The notes below the pieces were generated by a model, which did no database searches, had not been told where the DNA came from, and saw only the letters and a program-made list of their open reading frames with translations. A stretch of 63,588 nt of DNA, filler included, from Lenisia limosa (lineage: Eukaryota > Protista > Breviatea): the NCBI GenBank assembly GCA_001655205.1. It is 15 parts of 15 records of this genome, joined end to end, with 100 filler letters (N's around TTAATTAATTAA, not from the genome) between each part and the next. Parts side by side here need not be neighbours in the genome. Positions count along the whole stretch, not along the records: positions 20,241 to 33,769 come from LPNZ01008349.1; positions 33,870 to 36,321 come from LPNZ01006355.1; positions 36,422 to 39,086 come from LPNZ01004392.1; 12 more parts are not named here. One strand, written 5' to 3'. The position numbers and the translations under genes were made by a program. Numbering within the stretch: position 1 is the first letter of the stretch; each line of letters begins with the position of its first letter. Below, piece after piece: positions 24,801 through 36,439 of the stretch.

Positions 24801-25441
24801 AATTAAATCCGTTTTAACCCATAATTTTATCATAAAACAGGAAAAGCAATTTTTGACAAAATATTGGGGGGAAAAAAAAGAAATTTTCTAGGAATCCCAA
24901 GTTTTATAATCATTTTTCAGGTGAAATATAATCCTGCGAAATTACAGTCAGTACTATTTTCAGATTCAATCCCTTTCCCATGCCACGAGCTAACCTTCAG
25001 CAGAACAAACAAGGTGAATTCTTTGATCGTCTCGAAAAAAGTTGAGGGCAACATTTAGATTATTAACCTGAAGATTAATCACTGTTTCCCATTTCCACAG
25101 TACTCTCTAAGACCCACCTTTCTTATCCTCTGTTTGACAGGCTTCACTTTCGGAAGCTCAGCTCCGGAGAGCTCTTCAGCAATTGCTACAAGCAATGTTC
25201 CTAAAAGGAAAACATGAGGGGAATCTGTAATCAATTATCATCAAAACATGATTTGATCAGAGAACCCAACCATCATCGAAGTCCTGGAACACATCAGAGA
25301 CCTGCTCGCCCCGGGGTTGAAGAACCGAATTCACCCAGGATGTATACGTCTGCAAAGTTACCAGGGCTGAAGAGAGTACATTATGTAGTCTTCGACGCCG
25401 CTGACCTTCCGTTGAACTTCTTCCCACTGCGGGGTGTCCAT
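21835..25441 (-). CDS. Tandem calponin-homology actin-binding domain + long coiled-coil protein (alpha-actinin/filamin/interaptin superfamily)
   Basis: ATG at 25441: MDTPQWEEVQRK|TYTSWVNSVL..DFDDG|TLLVAIAEELSG, DIVNQEEKLILGLLWSLI, SFQDGQAFCHLV, LGIPAILDP..EEQSIMAY. Followed by >400 aa of E/K/Q-rich heptads (22502-23530 and flanks). The exact C-terminus is unresolved. Confidence 0.88.
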
Positions 25442-25888
25442 TTCGTTCAAAACTAACAGCACCCACCTCTAAAGATGGTTCTGCCTTCAGAGTTTAGAGC
25501 TGAAACCATTAGTCATGAGAGGCTTTTAGAGAAATTGAAAAAATGACCACTTGCTCAGAAAACCCACCTCAAATGTCTTAAATACTAATATCAATATGTC
25601 TCACTCTAAATGAATCATGAATGAATTGAAAAGGGGAACTCAAGGGGCTCAAGCATGGCTCAAGGGGAATATCACACTTTGTGGTTTTCACTGAACTGGT
25701 ACAAACTTCTTTCGTGTTCTCATTCTTCCTCAGGCTCCAGCTCTCCAGCTTCCTTTCCTTCCACAAAAAAAAAACAGAAAATAGGACACATTTTAGCCAA
25801 CACTTTTGTGAAAGTTCATTTTTGTATTTAGTGAATTTTACCTGTTGAAGATCGTAGGGACTTTTCTTGCCTAGCGTGCTCATTTATT

Positions 25889-27918
25889 CATATTATAGAT
25901 GAGTAGCGGAAGTTCTGTTGTCGCAGTCTCCTTCAAGGGTGGAGTTATCCTTGCCGCAGACAAAAAAGGTGAGCACACGACCCTCTGACCTGTATTTCGG
26001 ACATATTTTACTAATTAAATATACTGCTAAAATTTGAGCTTGTTTCATTGAATACATTCTGACTTTTCTCTAGTCGGTTTTGGCTCGATGTGCAAAGACG
26101 AAGAAAACTCTCGGTTGAGGGAACTTGACGTGTCAATAGGAACATGTGCCTTGGCAGCAGGAGGAGACCTTGCAGATGGAGAGACACTTTACCAAACAAT
26201 CAAAGAGATCTGGTGAGCAATAAGTAATGCTCAACTAGGTTTCCAATTATTTCATAGCATAGCTCAGAATCACCCCCTTTTTTGTGTGATAGAACATCTT
26301 AGTACTCAAATATTATAAGAATGTTCCAGTGTTATAGCTTTTGGGCTGGTCCTCCTCCCCCCCCCTTTTTTTTTTTTTTTTTTTTNNNNNNNNNNNNNNN
26401 NNNNNNNNNNNNNNNNNNNNNNNNNNNNGACATTCTCTCCCTATCGTCAGTATGGTTGTTACTTGCTCAGTGAGGAGGATCTTCTGCAGGCGGACGGGGA
26501 GGCCCAGTTGCTTGGCGCCAAGGAGGTGTATGCCATGACAAAGTGCGAGCTGTACGGCAGACGCAATGAGTTGCTGGGGAATAAGTTTCAAATACAGTCT
26601 GTGACTTTTCGTTTCTCTTTTTGCTGACCATCCAGGTTCGAACCCCTATTTGTCAAGGTCGTCATCGTGGGTTTCAACAAAGAACCGTAGGAGAGGGGGA
26701 AGAACAGAAGGTGTTGGCTGGTTATTTTTCAGATGAGATGCTAGTAATGTATTCCTTTTGTTTCAGCTGAGCTAAAGAAGGCATGAAATACAATTTTGGC
26801 TTTGTTTAATTTTTACTTTGTCATTTTCTTTTTCATTTCCCTAATTGTCTGTTGTGTCTCTTATCAGCCAGTTTCGTTGGAACAGTTGACCTCATCGGAA
26901 CATCGTATACTGAGGATTACCTGGCAACTGGGTGAGGGGCTTTGATGAAGATGAAACCCAAGTACTTCTCGATACAAACTCAATATTTTGGATAATTTAG
27001 CGGGTTTTGTTTACAACTTCGATGATATCAGGTCAGATAAAGTAGCTGGGTTATTATGCAGGGGATTATGTCCATATTCATGAATCTAATCCTTGTTGGT
27101 ATGCTGGGGTGACACGCAGAAGTGTGCACAGAGTTGCAAGGCAAATGATTGGCGAATACTATACTAAAATCCAAAATATCTTCTCTCTTTGAAGCGTGAT
27201 GGTGTGGGCGACCTCAGTCAGATACTTTCTGGTTTTATTTCTCTTTTCTACAAAATTCCAGATTGAGATAACATAGCACCTGTCCATCACAAGATTTCTC
27301 CATATCCATGTCACCCCTACAGCTTTGGTACTCACCTTGTTGTACCGGTTTTGAGGAGCGCCTGGCACCCTGACATGACGGAAGAGGAAGCGATTGCCCT
27401 TGTAGAAAAGTGGGTTTGAGTAACGCTATGCTTTTTCACCTTTCCCTCAAGTTTCCAATTTTGAATTCCCCTGCTGTCACTCTTCATATCTCAGGTCAAT
27501 GGAAATCCTGTGCTACTGCGATAAGATGGCTTCTCGACATGTTTGGGGCTGATTTTTTTAATATGGCTTGCAATGTGTCTTTAGTTTGCTCCAATGAACG
27601 ATGAACATGAGAGTTTCTGACATAATTTAGTTCGACTTCTTCGTTGTGAAGGATACCATCAGACATGAGCACCGTGTTGCTGAGCTGAAGTACACATATG
27701 ATGGATTCCAGGACCCTCGGCGTCAAGGTAGGGTCATACTTCATGCATAACATGACTTGTGACAATAATGATGTTTTTTTTCTTGCCTGTTTTTAGTTAG
27801 CTTCACCCCACAGGATCAACCCTCCCTGGCTTCCGAACCAAAGAAGGCGACTTCCCGTCCTTCGATGATATTCCGGAGCCAACACCCAAACGCACTATCG
27901 AAGGCAAGCCTTTCTAGA
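25889..27918 (+). CDS. PSMB4: 20S proteasome beta-type subunit, beta7/PSMB4-like, divergent
   Basis: MSSGSSVVAVSFKGGVILAADKK|VGFGSM..AAGGDLADG..LYGRRNE|FEPLFVKVVIVGF|SFVGTVDLIGTSYTEDYLATG|FGTHLVVPVLR..MTEEEAIALVEK|SMEILCYCDKMASR, collinear with beta7; TAG at 27916-27918. Confidence 0.7.
27099..27250 (+). mobile_element. R2 SINE-like dispersed repeat, near full length, intronic
   Basis: GTATGCTGGGGTGACACGCAG...CACAGAGTTGCAAGGCAAATGATTGG...GAAGCGTGATGGTGTGG...CAGATAC...TTTTATTTCTC; matches copies at 39187 and 55430. Confidence 0.75.
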
Positions 27919-28046
27919 CCCTCTACCATTTATTTCACACCCACGTCGAAGGAATTCACAGGGGATTCATAATTATACACATTGCACATTAGAAGAGATT
28001 ACAGAGGAAACAGGAAAACAAAGGAAGTACCATGGGACACGCCACC

Positions 28047-31000
28047 CTAAGTTGGCTGCAGCCTTCGGATGCCGTACAAACTGTCGCCTTCTGGCTCGGA
28101 TAGGGTTGATCCTGCATTGTTAAGGTCTCAACAAGAGCAGCAATGAGACAGATGCCCACCCTTTCTGCCTGCCATGCTGAGACGCCGCTTGGGGCCGGCC
28201 GGGTTGCCAACTGTCGGCACTGCGACTTGAAAGTTAGGATAAGGGGGTCAATAGAGGTAAAAAAAATCTGCTTGTAGTTCGTCAGCATCAAAGAATATGG
28301 TATCCCCGAACTCTGGGGACTGGAAATTGGAGGTGTTGGTCTTAACGGACGGGTGGTAGCTAAGGCGTGAGAAGCACACTAACTCCACTGCCCATTGCAA
28401 ATAATATACCAACTTAAATTCAAACAATACACACCTCTTGTGGGATCTGGAGTGGCCAGCTTTGTGCTCATGGACATGATTCTCTTCTGCAGTTTTTCGA
28501 TTTCTTCAGCCGCTGACACCAGCGTTCTTGCGTCTTCCTGACCCTCCTCCGCTGCCAACTGGGGAGGGGGGTAAATATATGAACCAGGGTGTTGTGAATG
28601 CCAACGTATTTTGTTTAAAGCCGCCTACTTGCTTCATAATTTCGATCCAATCGTCTGAATTGGGATCTGGGGGATCCCGTGTGAGGCTGGATAGCCGAAC
28701 ATTCATTATCGCCTCCTAAAACAATGTAATGAAGCTGAGAATTAGCCTGGTGAAGAGGGAGAAGTGATGATTAGGGAATTCCTAATGGAACTATTAAAAG
28801 TGATGATGGTGGTGATAATATGACAGAAGAATGACTTTAACAATGAAAGTCACCACAAACCTGTTCAATAAGGAAGTCTTTGATAGTCTGCATTTCATTG
28901 CTGTCAATTGCCTCGTTACCATCGACATCGAAAGATTGAAGTAGCTCCTCTGCGGTTGAAGCCCCGAGAGCTTCTTGAAGCTGGGTGTTTGAGAAGGATT
29001 TCTTTGGTCCAAATGGTCCGAAAAAAATGTCACAAAAGGATGTATCATGAAATACGGACTTTGTTAGGGATGCATTGGCTACAATGATAATAATATGTAG
29101 AAATGGGACATACAAATAGGCAGAATCATAATAATCTGATACCAAAGCTGAAGTAACATACGGCAGGATTATTGCTGAGAATCAAGTCAACCTCCTTTCG
29201 CTGTAGAATTTGTTTGGGACCGCAAGACTCATTGAGAACTGNNNNNNNNNNNNNNNNNNNNNNNNNNNNNNNNNNNNNNNNNNNNNNNNNNNNNNNNNNN
29301 NNNNNNNNNNNNNNNNNNNNNNNNNNNNNNNNNNNNNNNNNNNNNNNNNNNNNNNNNNNNNNNNNNNNNNNNNNNNNNNNNNNNNNNNNNNNNNNNNNNN
29401 NNNNNNNNNNNNNNNNNNNNNNNNNNNNNNNNNNNNNNNNNNNNNNNNNNNNNNNNNNNNNNNNNNNNNNNNNNNNNNNNNNNNNNNNNNNNNNNNNAGG
29501 TGGAAAGAGGAATTCAGAAGTACCCCCTTTTAATACCTGTGTATACGCAGACGCGACGATAGTCACAAAAATATTCATCTGGGTGATTAGAGGACGGAAA
29601 AGTGGATGTTTTGATCTTGATAGAAGATCCTCTTACCAAAATGAAGAACACCAAAAGCATGAAGAGGACGAAAAAGAAAGGCCCCAACACGCGGTTCGCT
29701 GAACGGAGCTCGTCAAGATTGAACTCTCCCAACACCGCGATGAAGAGGGTGAAGGCACTGTCCGTAATACTCCGGTATCTGTAACAGTCATGTGAGATCT
29801 AGTATATCATATACTATACAATACATATCATATAGTATACATATATATATTAATATGATATGTTTTACATCTACTTTGTACCCAACAAACCCTGAAATAT
29901 CGACACCAAACGCTACAAAACCCGCAATGGCAAAAGCAAGGAAGACAACCGAAAACATGATCAGGAAGTAGAACAAGTTGAAGAACGCCTGTGACATGAG
30001 TTGTGAAAGTATTGGAGCGATACCAACCTTGGAGATTGTTCGAGAAAGCTGGCTCATTCGAGGACTCCATTCAAGGTACTTGAAGAGCTGTAAAGTGAGA
30101 TGGAAGCTCAAGAATGCTCTCAAGGAAGGTGAGTGACATCCCACTAACTTTGAAGAAGGTAAAAAAAGCGTTCATCTAAAACGTGAAAAGGAGTAAATGA
30201 TAAAAAGACAAAGAAAACTCAAGTCCCTCCTGTACCGCATTGATATTCCTTGCTTGATCAATTGCAAAACCCAGGCTTTGGAAGGAAACGTGAGTATCAG
30301 CGGTAGCATCCCAGTCCATACGAGAGATTTGAAGATAATTAATGATCCTAGAAAAATTGAGCTCCTTCTTGTTTATCTTAACACAGAAACAGAAACGTGA
30401 TCTAATCTAAAAACACACATTCCCCGACCTCAGAATGATGACAGCAATAAAACAGCCAAGATTTACAACATCAAGGAAATTCCAAGAGTCTGTCCAGTAG
30501 ACCATTCCAGCTGCTGCCATCTAAAAGCGTAAACGGATGACAGATTATTGCGAGTCAGGGGGGGGTAGCTTATTGCGAGTTAGNNNNNNNNNNNNNNNNN
30601 NNNNNNNNNNNNNNNNNAGATGCACTCCAAAAACAAGATAAACTAAAAAATGATGAGGAAAGACGAGGAAAATAAAATTCGTGTATAGACATAATTTATC
30701 AGATCATTTGGAAATAATGATCTACATACATAATTGGTTTTAGTCAAAGAAGCTAACATTCATGATAATAAAGCTATGACAATTTATAAATCACCCAACT
30801 AACATAGTCATAATTATCAACATATGGGAACATTCTGAATGTTCTGAGAGTAAAGTGCGGAATTGCCCTGAAAGAGATTAGGAATTTCGGTTCAATGAGA
30901 ATCTAAAGCTGCAACAGAGGTACACGGATCTCTCATACCCTCCGGCTGCTGGGAATTCGATAATGGCTCGGACAACGCNNNNNNNNNNNNNNNNNNNNNN

Positions 31001-33200
31001 NNNNNNNNNNNNNNNNNNNNNNNNNNNNNNNGCATCCGGGATCCCTCAGTCAGCCAGCTGACGAGATAAGCGCGAATATACATGATAAAGATTTAGGAAA
31101 ATAAGTGGGGTGAAAAGTAGATTAGGACTTCAATTTGATCCTCAAGAATTCAATCTTAAATCTAAAAATAATGTTTCATGCAATCTTGGACAAATCCAGC
31201 AAACTGATTCGATCTTAGATCTTTAATAATAGCGATCGCTTCAGTAGCATTGTTTGGAAGATCCACCACAAAACTGGAAGGTAAATTTGACAGCCAAATG
31301 GAACACATAAAAAAAAACAATCCCCGAATCCGCGCCTACCCTCCGCCCGGGTAACTAGCTAGCCACCCCAGGTAACTGGTACCGTCAACCTGATCCTCGG
31401 GCATCCACACAAAAGGCGATGTTCCAGGTCCGAAGGTCTCTTCGTCTTCTTCTCTGTACTGTCAAGGGAAGGTGGTGGATGGGTGTTGTCAAGGGAATGG
31501 TGATGGATGGGTGTTAACAATGTGAGGAGGTAACTGATACCAGTGCGGTGAAAAAACAAGCACAATAACAAAAATAAAACATCCCATCTCCGCATACCCA
31601 GTTGAATATGTGGGATAGCAGTTACCAATTTCTTGGAAAGTAGAGTGTACATTACATCCGATATTCGGCTGAACTTTAACCTGCCGCACACGGGACCCTC
31701 CAATCTGTACAGAAATCAATCAAAAAATAATATTAATAATATCCAAATGTGTTTTGGAATATTCTTGAAAACACAAGTTGAGCGCTTGCCCACCTTTCTT
31801 AACGACAAAAGGAGAAACTTTGACTCGTATTCCGTGAGATCCCGTGCGTTATACAAGGACGTCTCAAAGAACTCTGTTGATGGTCAAAACAACTGCTATC
31901 ATTTACCCAGATACACTTGCAGACTATGTTTTATAGTATAACCTATGAGATGTATAATATGATAAGTACATCATATATGATATGCATATCGATATATGTA
32001 CTATTTGATTGCTTGTATTCACAGCAGAATACATGGGCATTCAGACAACCCTCAACCACCCTCGTACTGTCAACAAATATGTACTCCAGCCAGTCAAACG
32101 CATTTTCAAAATTGTTAATTTCCTGTGGAGTAAATAACATGGCTTGACTCCAAGGTAAAAGGGCATACTTGGAAAGTAAAAGGGACATGGGAGATTGTGG
32201 GTGGAAGTTCGTCATAAAAGAAGACTTGTCGGAGAGCATCAGTGTAATAGAAGGCCTTAAGGGTTAAAAAATACGAGATTTACTCACCTCTTGTCCGCCT
32301 CTACTCGCGAGGGAAATGACAACAAAAAGGATAATGAACACAACGTAGATCAGGGCCTCCTTCCAACCGAACCTCAGGGCTCTTCTTGTCTAGTAGATCA
32401 TATTGCACATCAATTAATAATAAAACGCTGGGGAAAGACCGTTTCAGTATAGTAAGACCAAGCCGGAAAGATCAGACTATCACCAACCATTTTGATTGGT
32501 GGACTGCCTGTGAGTTCAGGGTTCTCAAGTTTGCTTTGTCGGTACACAGAGGGCTTTAAAGGTTAATGGAAGGTAGAGGGACAGTAACTGAACATGCGAA
32601 AGCATCTCATTGTGACAGACCTTCGCTTGGAACTTCACAGTCTAAATAGTCAAACAATCTCTATGCGATCAGTTATCACCTTGTCATCTTCATCCGGCGA
32701 AGAAGTGATTGGCGCAAGGTTCAGAGGGGTCACGGGAACGAGAGGAGTCGGCGATTGCTTGGGGGGGGGGGGGTAANNNNNNNNNNNNNNNNNNNNNNNN
32801 NNNNNNNNNNNNNNNNNNNNNNNNNNNNNNNNNNNNNNNNNNNNNNNNNNNNNNNNNNNNNNNNNNNNNNNNNNNNNNNNNAGCAATAGAACCTCCTGTT
32901 TCATCGATACCAGGCCCCGGACCCACGATGGCCACTTGGGGCTGAAACGCGTAATCTGTATTCAACGATTGCATGACTGGCGAAACATCCCCGGAAGCGC
33001 TGAGTTTGAGGTCACCACGAGGGTCCTGGTGTCAGTGACAAAGATACTAACTTAAAGTGGATGACAGAAAACATAGCAAAGATAAAGAGGCGATCTTGAC
33101 TCCACAAACATCGTTATTTTCAGCCATACTCTGTCGCTGGGCTGCGGACCGGTGTCGTATCGACGACGATGATAAACTAGCAACAATCAAAAGGAGAAAC
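28047..33200 (-). CDS. Polycystin-2 (PKD2/TRPP)-like cation channel with C-terminal EF-hand
   Basis: S1 WKEALIYVVFIILFVVI, TOP domain IGGSRVRQVKV and YREEDEETFGP, S3 WTDSWNFLDVVNL, LFKYLEWSPRMSQLSRTISK, pore FTLFIAVLGEFNLDELRSANRVLGPFFFVLFMLLVFFILV|NIFVTIVASAY, EF-hand SFDVDGNEAIDSNEM; the 5' end is uncertain. Confidence 0.92.
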
Positions 33201-33870
33201 GACAAAGATAACTTGTAAATCATTAATAGCTGTCAAGGAGAATTGCTTTAGAACAAGTATATTTGACGCTGGAAAAAACAGGAGCGCAGAAAAGAAGACA
33301 GGATACCCGAATTCATGAGGAGGAAAAAGAGATTCAACAATATCTCACCTGGAAAAAGTTTTACTAATAAAATGGCATCTAAACAAATGCTAGAAAACGA
33401 TAAGGGCGAGAAAGGCAGAATAGGGCTTTCAAATGAATCCACAAACCTTAGGTCTGCAATGACGACTTAATGCTCATGGGAATGTTAAGCACAAGTTAAG
33501 AGCACAATATTAAGAAGGCTTGTTTTTTCAGCCAGAAGTTCAAAGAGAGAAGAGAATATTGTAATATCGTAATAATTGAACTCTGGCCAGAATAGGGTAT
33601 ATATATAACCCCCCGTGTAACAAACCCCCTCGGACACATAATTTTCCGGGCGACCGGCTTTCAGAAAAATCGCTTGATATATCTATAACCTCTTAGTTTA
33701 CATTGAGTTTACAGCACAGCCAAGCTACAGCACCTCCAACGCCTTCAAAAAAAAGCTTGCAGCATAGTGNNNNNNNNNNNNNNNNNNNNNNNNNNNNNNN
33801 NNNNNNNNNNNNNTTAATTAATTAANNNNNNNNNNNNNNNNNNNNNNNNNNNNNNNNNNNNNNNNNNNNT

Positions 33871-34428
33871 GTTAAATATCATATTGTCGACGATATCTTT
33901 GTTTACCTCCTCCCATCTCACACCTCCCAAGCCACCCGACCCCTTGATCTCCGTACCTTTGGCATTCTCAAGACCATCCTTCACAACCGTTGTGTTGCCA
34001 TTTCCGCATGTTTGGAAGCCTTCCATATTGCTTCCTCTCCCCAAAAGATCCAAAGTGCTTTCGCTGCTGGAGGTATTGTTGTCACTGTTGAAAGTGGCCT
34101 CTCAGTTGATCCTTCCCGCCTTGCCGTCCACCTTCCTGGGACAGTTCACTTCACCGAAGCCACTTTGCCACCTACTAGAACTGCCCTTTATTCCTGCATT
34201 CTGAACACCCCCGAGCTCATTTCCTTGATTGAGATTGCCAAGGAGAATGAGTACGCTGCCGTTGCCAAAGACGCTTGGGTAGAAGTTGCAAAGTACCGTG
34301 ACCAGCTCACTGCTGCTGAAGTCGTCCTTTTTCTTGCCGACCGTGACACCCTCCCTTGGGCCAACTGCAGCTGGAGGTATGTGGTTGTAGCTACTTTTTG
34401 GCTATTTAATTCCAGTCTCATGATTTAG
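33871..34428 (+). mobile_element. pogo/Fot1-type DDE_1 transposase, C-terminal part (intronless, truncated at scaffold edge)
   Basis: Open frame VYLLPSHTSQATRPLDLRTFGILK...IQSAFAAGGI matches the DDE_1 LPPHTSH.LQPLD..FG.LK...I..SF...GI signature. Confidence 0.85.
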
Positions 34429-35176
34429 AAGCTGTAGATGAAACGCGTCAAAAGCGCCAATAGCAAAAAAACGTCAGGGTTAGTTGTACTTTCCTCTAAT
34501 TGTCCCTTTTTTTGCATTACCTTCATTACCAGTTAGGTCTATCCTTACACCACTAGCAAGAACTCGTAGGATTCCGAGAGTTTCCGTCGATAAGCTTCGC
34601 CGTAGTATGTTGGTGTTTTTATTCTTGTTGAGATTAAACTGTTGTATTACTTATGCTCTCCAAAAACATTTGAAAAACCTCACTTCACTAGGAAAAAAGA
34701 AGTCTCGCTAGCCGTTTTTCGTGTTTTGATTAGTTTTGGCCTTAAAGTCTTGACAAAGTTGATATGACGTATTAGTATCATTATTGGATACTATGTAATG
34801 TCTGTGTTGTTTATGAAACACATAATACCCTCCCCCTTTTTTCTTTCATTTTCACAAAATTGTAAAATTAGTCGAGGTTTCCCGCCACCCTTAATATGTA
34901 AATATGGGTGGCCATCCACGATATTATAATATAAGTTTTCCCATGGGGGGGGGGTTGCGCCAGCGACAGTGATTTGTACACACAATAGATACACCCATGA
35001 GGCATGGGGTCATGGGGTCAACGGGTAAGAAACAGTTAAGATTTTTATTCTGATGTAAATGAGAGTTCACCGATTAGTTATTAAACTATAAGACTGATTT
35101 CCTATTGTTTATGGACAATTATATCGAAAATACTTTGTGTTTATCTATTATTAATATGATGGAAGAACTACTCGTG

Positions 35177-36190
35177 CTATATTTTCAGGCGTTGTATTAA
35201 CCTCACATCAAAAAGGCACACACCACATACTGTTGAACCACTTGTGCTCCAGTCCACAAAGAACACTGCTGGTTCTCTTGGCCACAGTGAGTTGCCAGAG
35301 CTTTTGTAAAATATAGGTGTCAGGGGGGTAGCAACTTTTCTTATTCGAGGGCACTTTGAACAGACACTGTCATCAACCCGCATCAGATGAGCTATATCGT
35401 GAGTTTTACTTTTTGTTTTAACAAAGAATAGTAGAACAGAGTTCTTAAACAAATGACCCCCGCCATTAACCTGTGCATGGGGAGGGAAGGCAAACTTATA
35501 AATTTTTCAATGGAAGTATGGGCTCGTTGTCTTGGCCATATTCAGCAGTGATGCAACCTTTTCATTTGGTTGTTGTTTCTTAATTGCTTTGTGTAGATTA
35601 TTCTTTCTTCTCTTCAAATCGGCCACTTGGGCAACAGTGGCATCGGTTGGATGATACACTCCGCTAATTGTCTGTCCTCAAGACTTCATCATTGCAGATC
35701 TCATTTTATTGCGAGTCTCTACGGTAGTAAATGAGGTCACGCGCAGAAGTTCAGCAAAGAACGAAGCTGAAATTCGACAAAATCTTCCCAGCTTCCACAT
35801 TTGCTTCCCTTGTTCGGCTCTGAGAAGGTCAGTGGTGTAAGATGTACTTAGATTACAGAAGAAACCTTGTCCCAGTTTGTGTGTTGCTGGTGGGTTGATA
35901 GCATTCAAATGGTGACTGGTGACAGGTGCAGGGATTGTTTGGGGTTTCAAACAAGGTAGAGGGGACACTTGTGCAGGAATAGTGGGCTTGGGAATAGTGG
36001 GCTTGGGTGGGTTTGTAGTGGGTCTTTGGAGCAGATCATCAGGTACTCCGACACCGAGTGGAATATCAAAGTCTGACCCATTATCGTCACTAGGTACTGA
36101 GTGGGAATCATGTTCATTACAGCAGTCTTGCAGGGTAGATCAATTGATAGCATGGGGGAACTTGAGGCTAAGGACTGGTCATTGGAAGCC
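35177..36190 (-). pseudogene. Frameshifted intronless YqaJ/lambda-exonuclease-family ORF
   Basis: EQGKQMWKLGRFCRISASFFAELL (35750-35815, W..R..RI(T/S)AS motif), AEYGQDNEP (35514-35553), KCP (~35350), PPDTYILQKLWQLTV (~35280-35330), VFFVDWS; the motifs are in order but in different frames. Confidence 0.62.
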
Positions 36191-36439
36191 TGGGAGGTTA
36201 TGGTATACTATACAGTGAGTTAGATAAGTTTGGGCAAAAGATTTTTTTAATAACTTTTCGCAATTTTATTCGTTTTTACTCAAAAAAACGTCATTACGCA
36301 CAAAAAAGTTTTTAATTTATGNNNNNNNNNNNNNNNNNNNNNNNNNNNNNNNNNNNNNNNNNNNNTTAATTAATTAANNNNNNNNNNNNNNNNNNNNNNN
36401 NNNNNNNNNNNNNNNNNNNNNTTGTGCTGAGTAGCAGCC

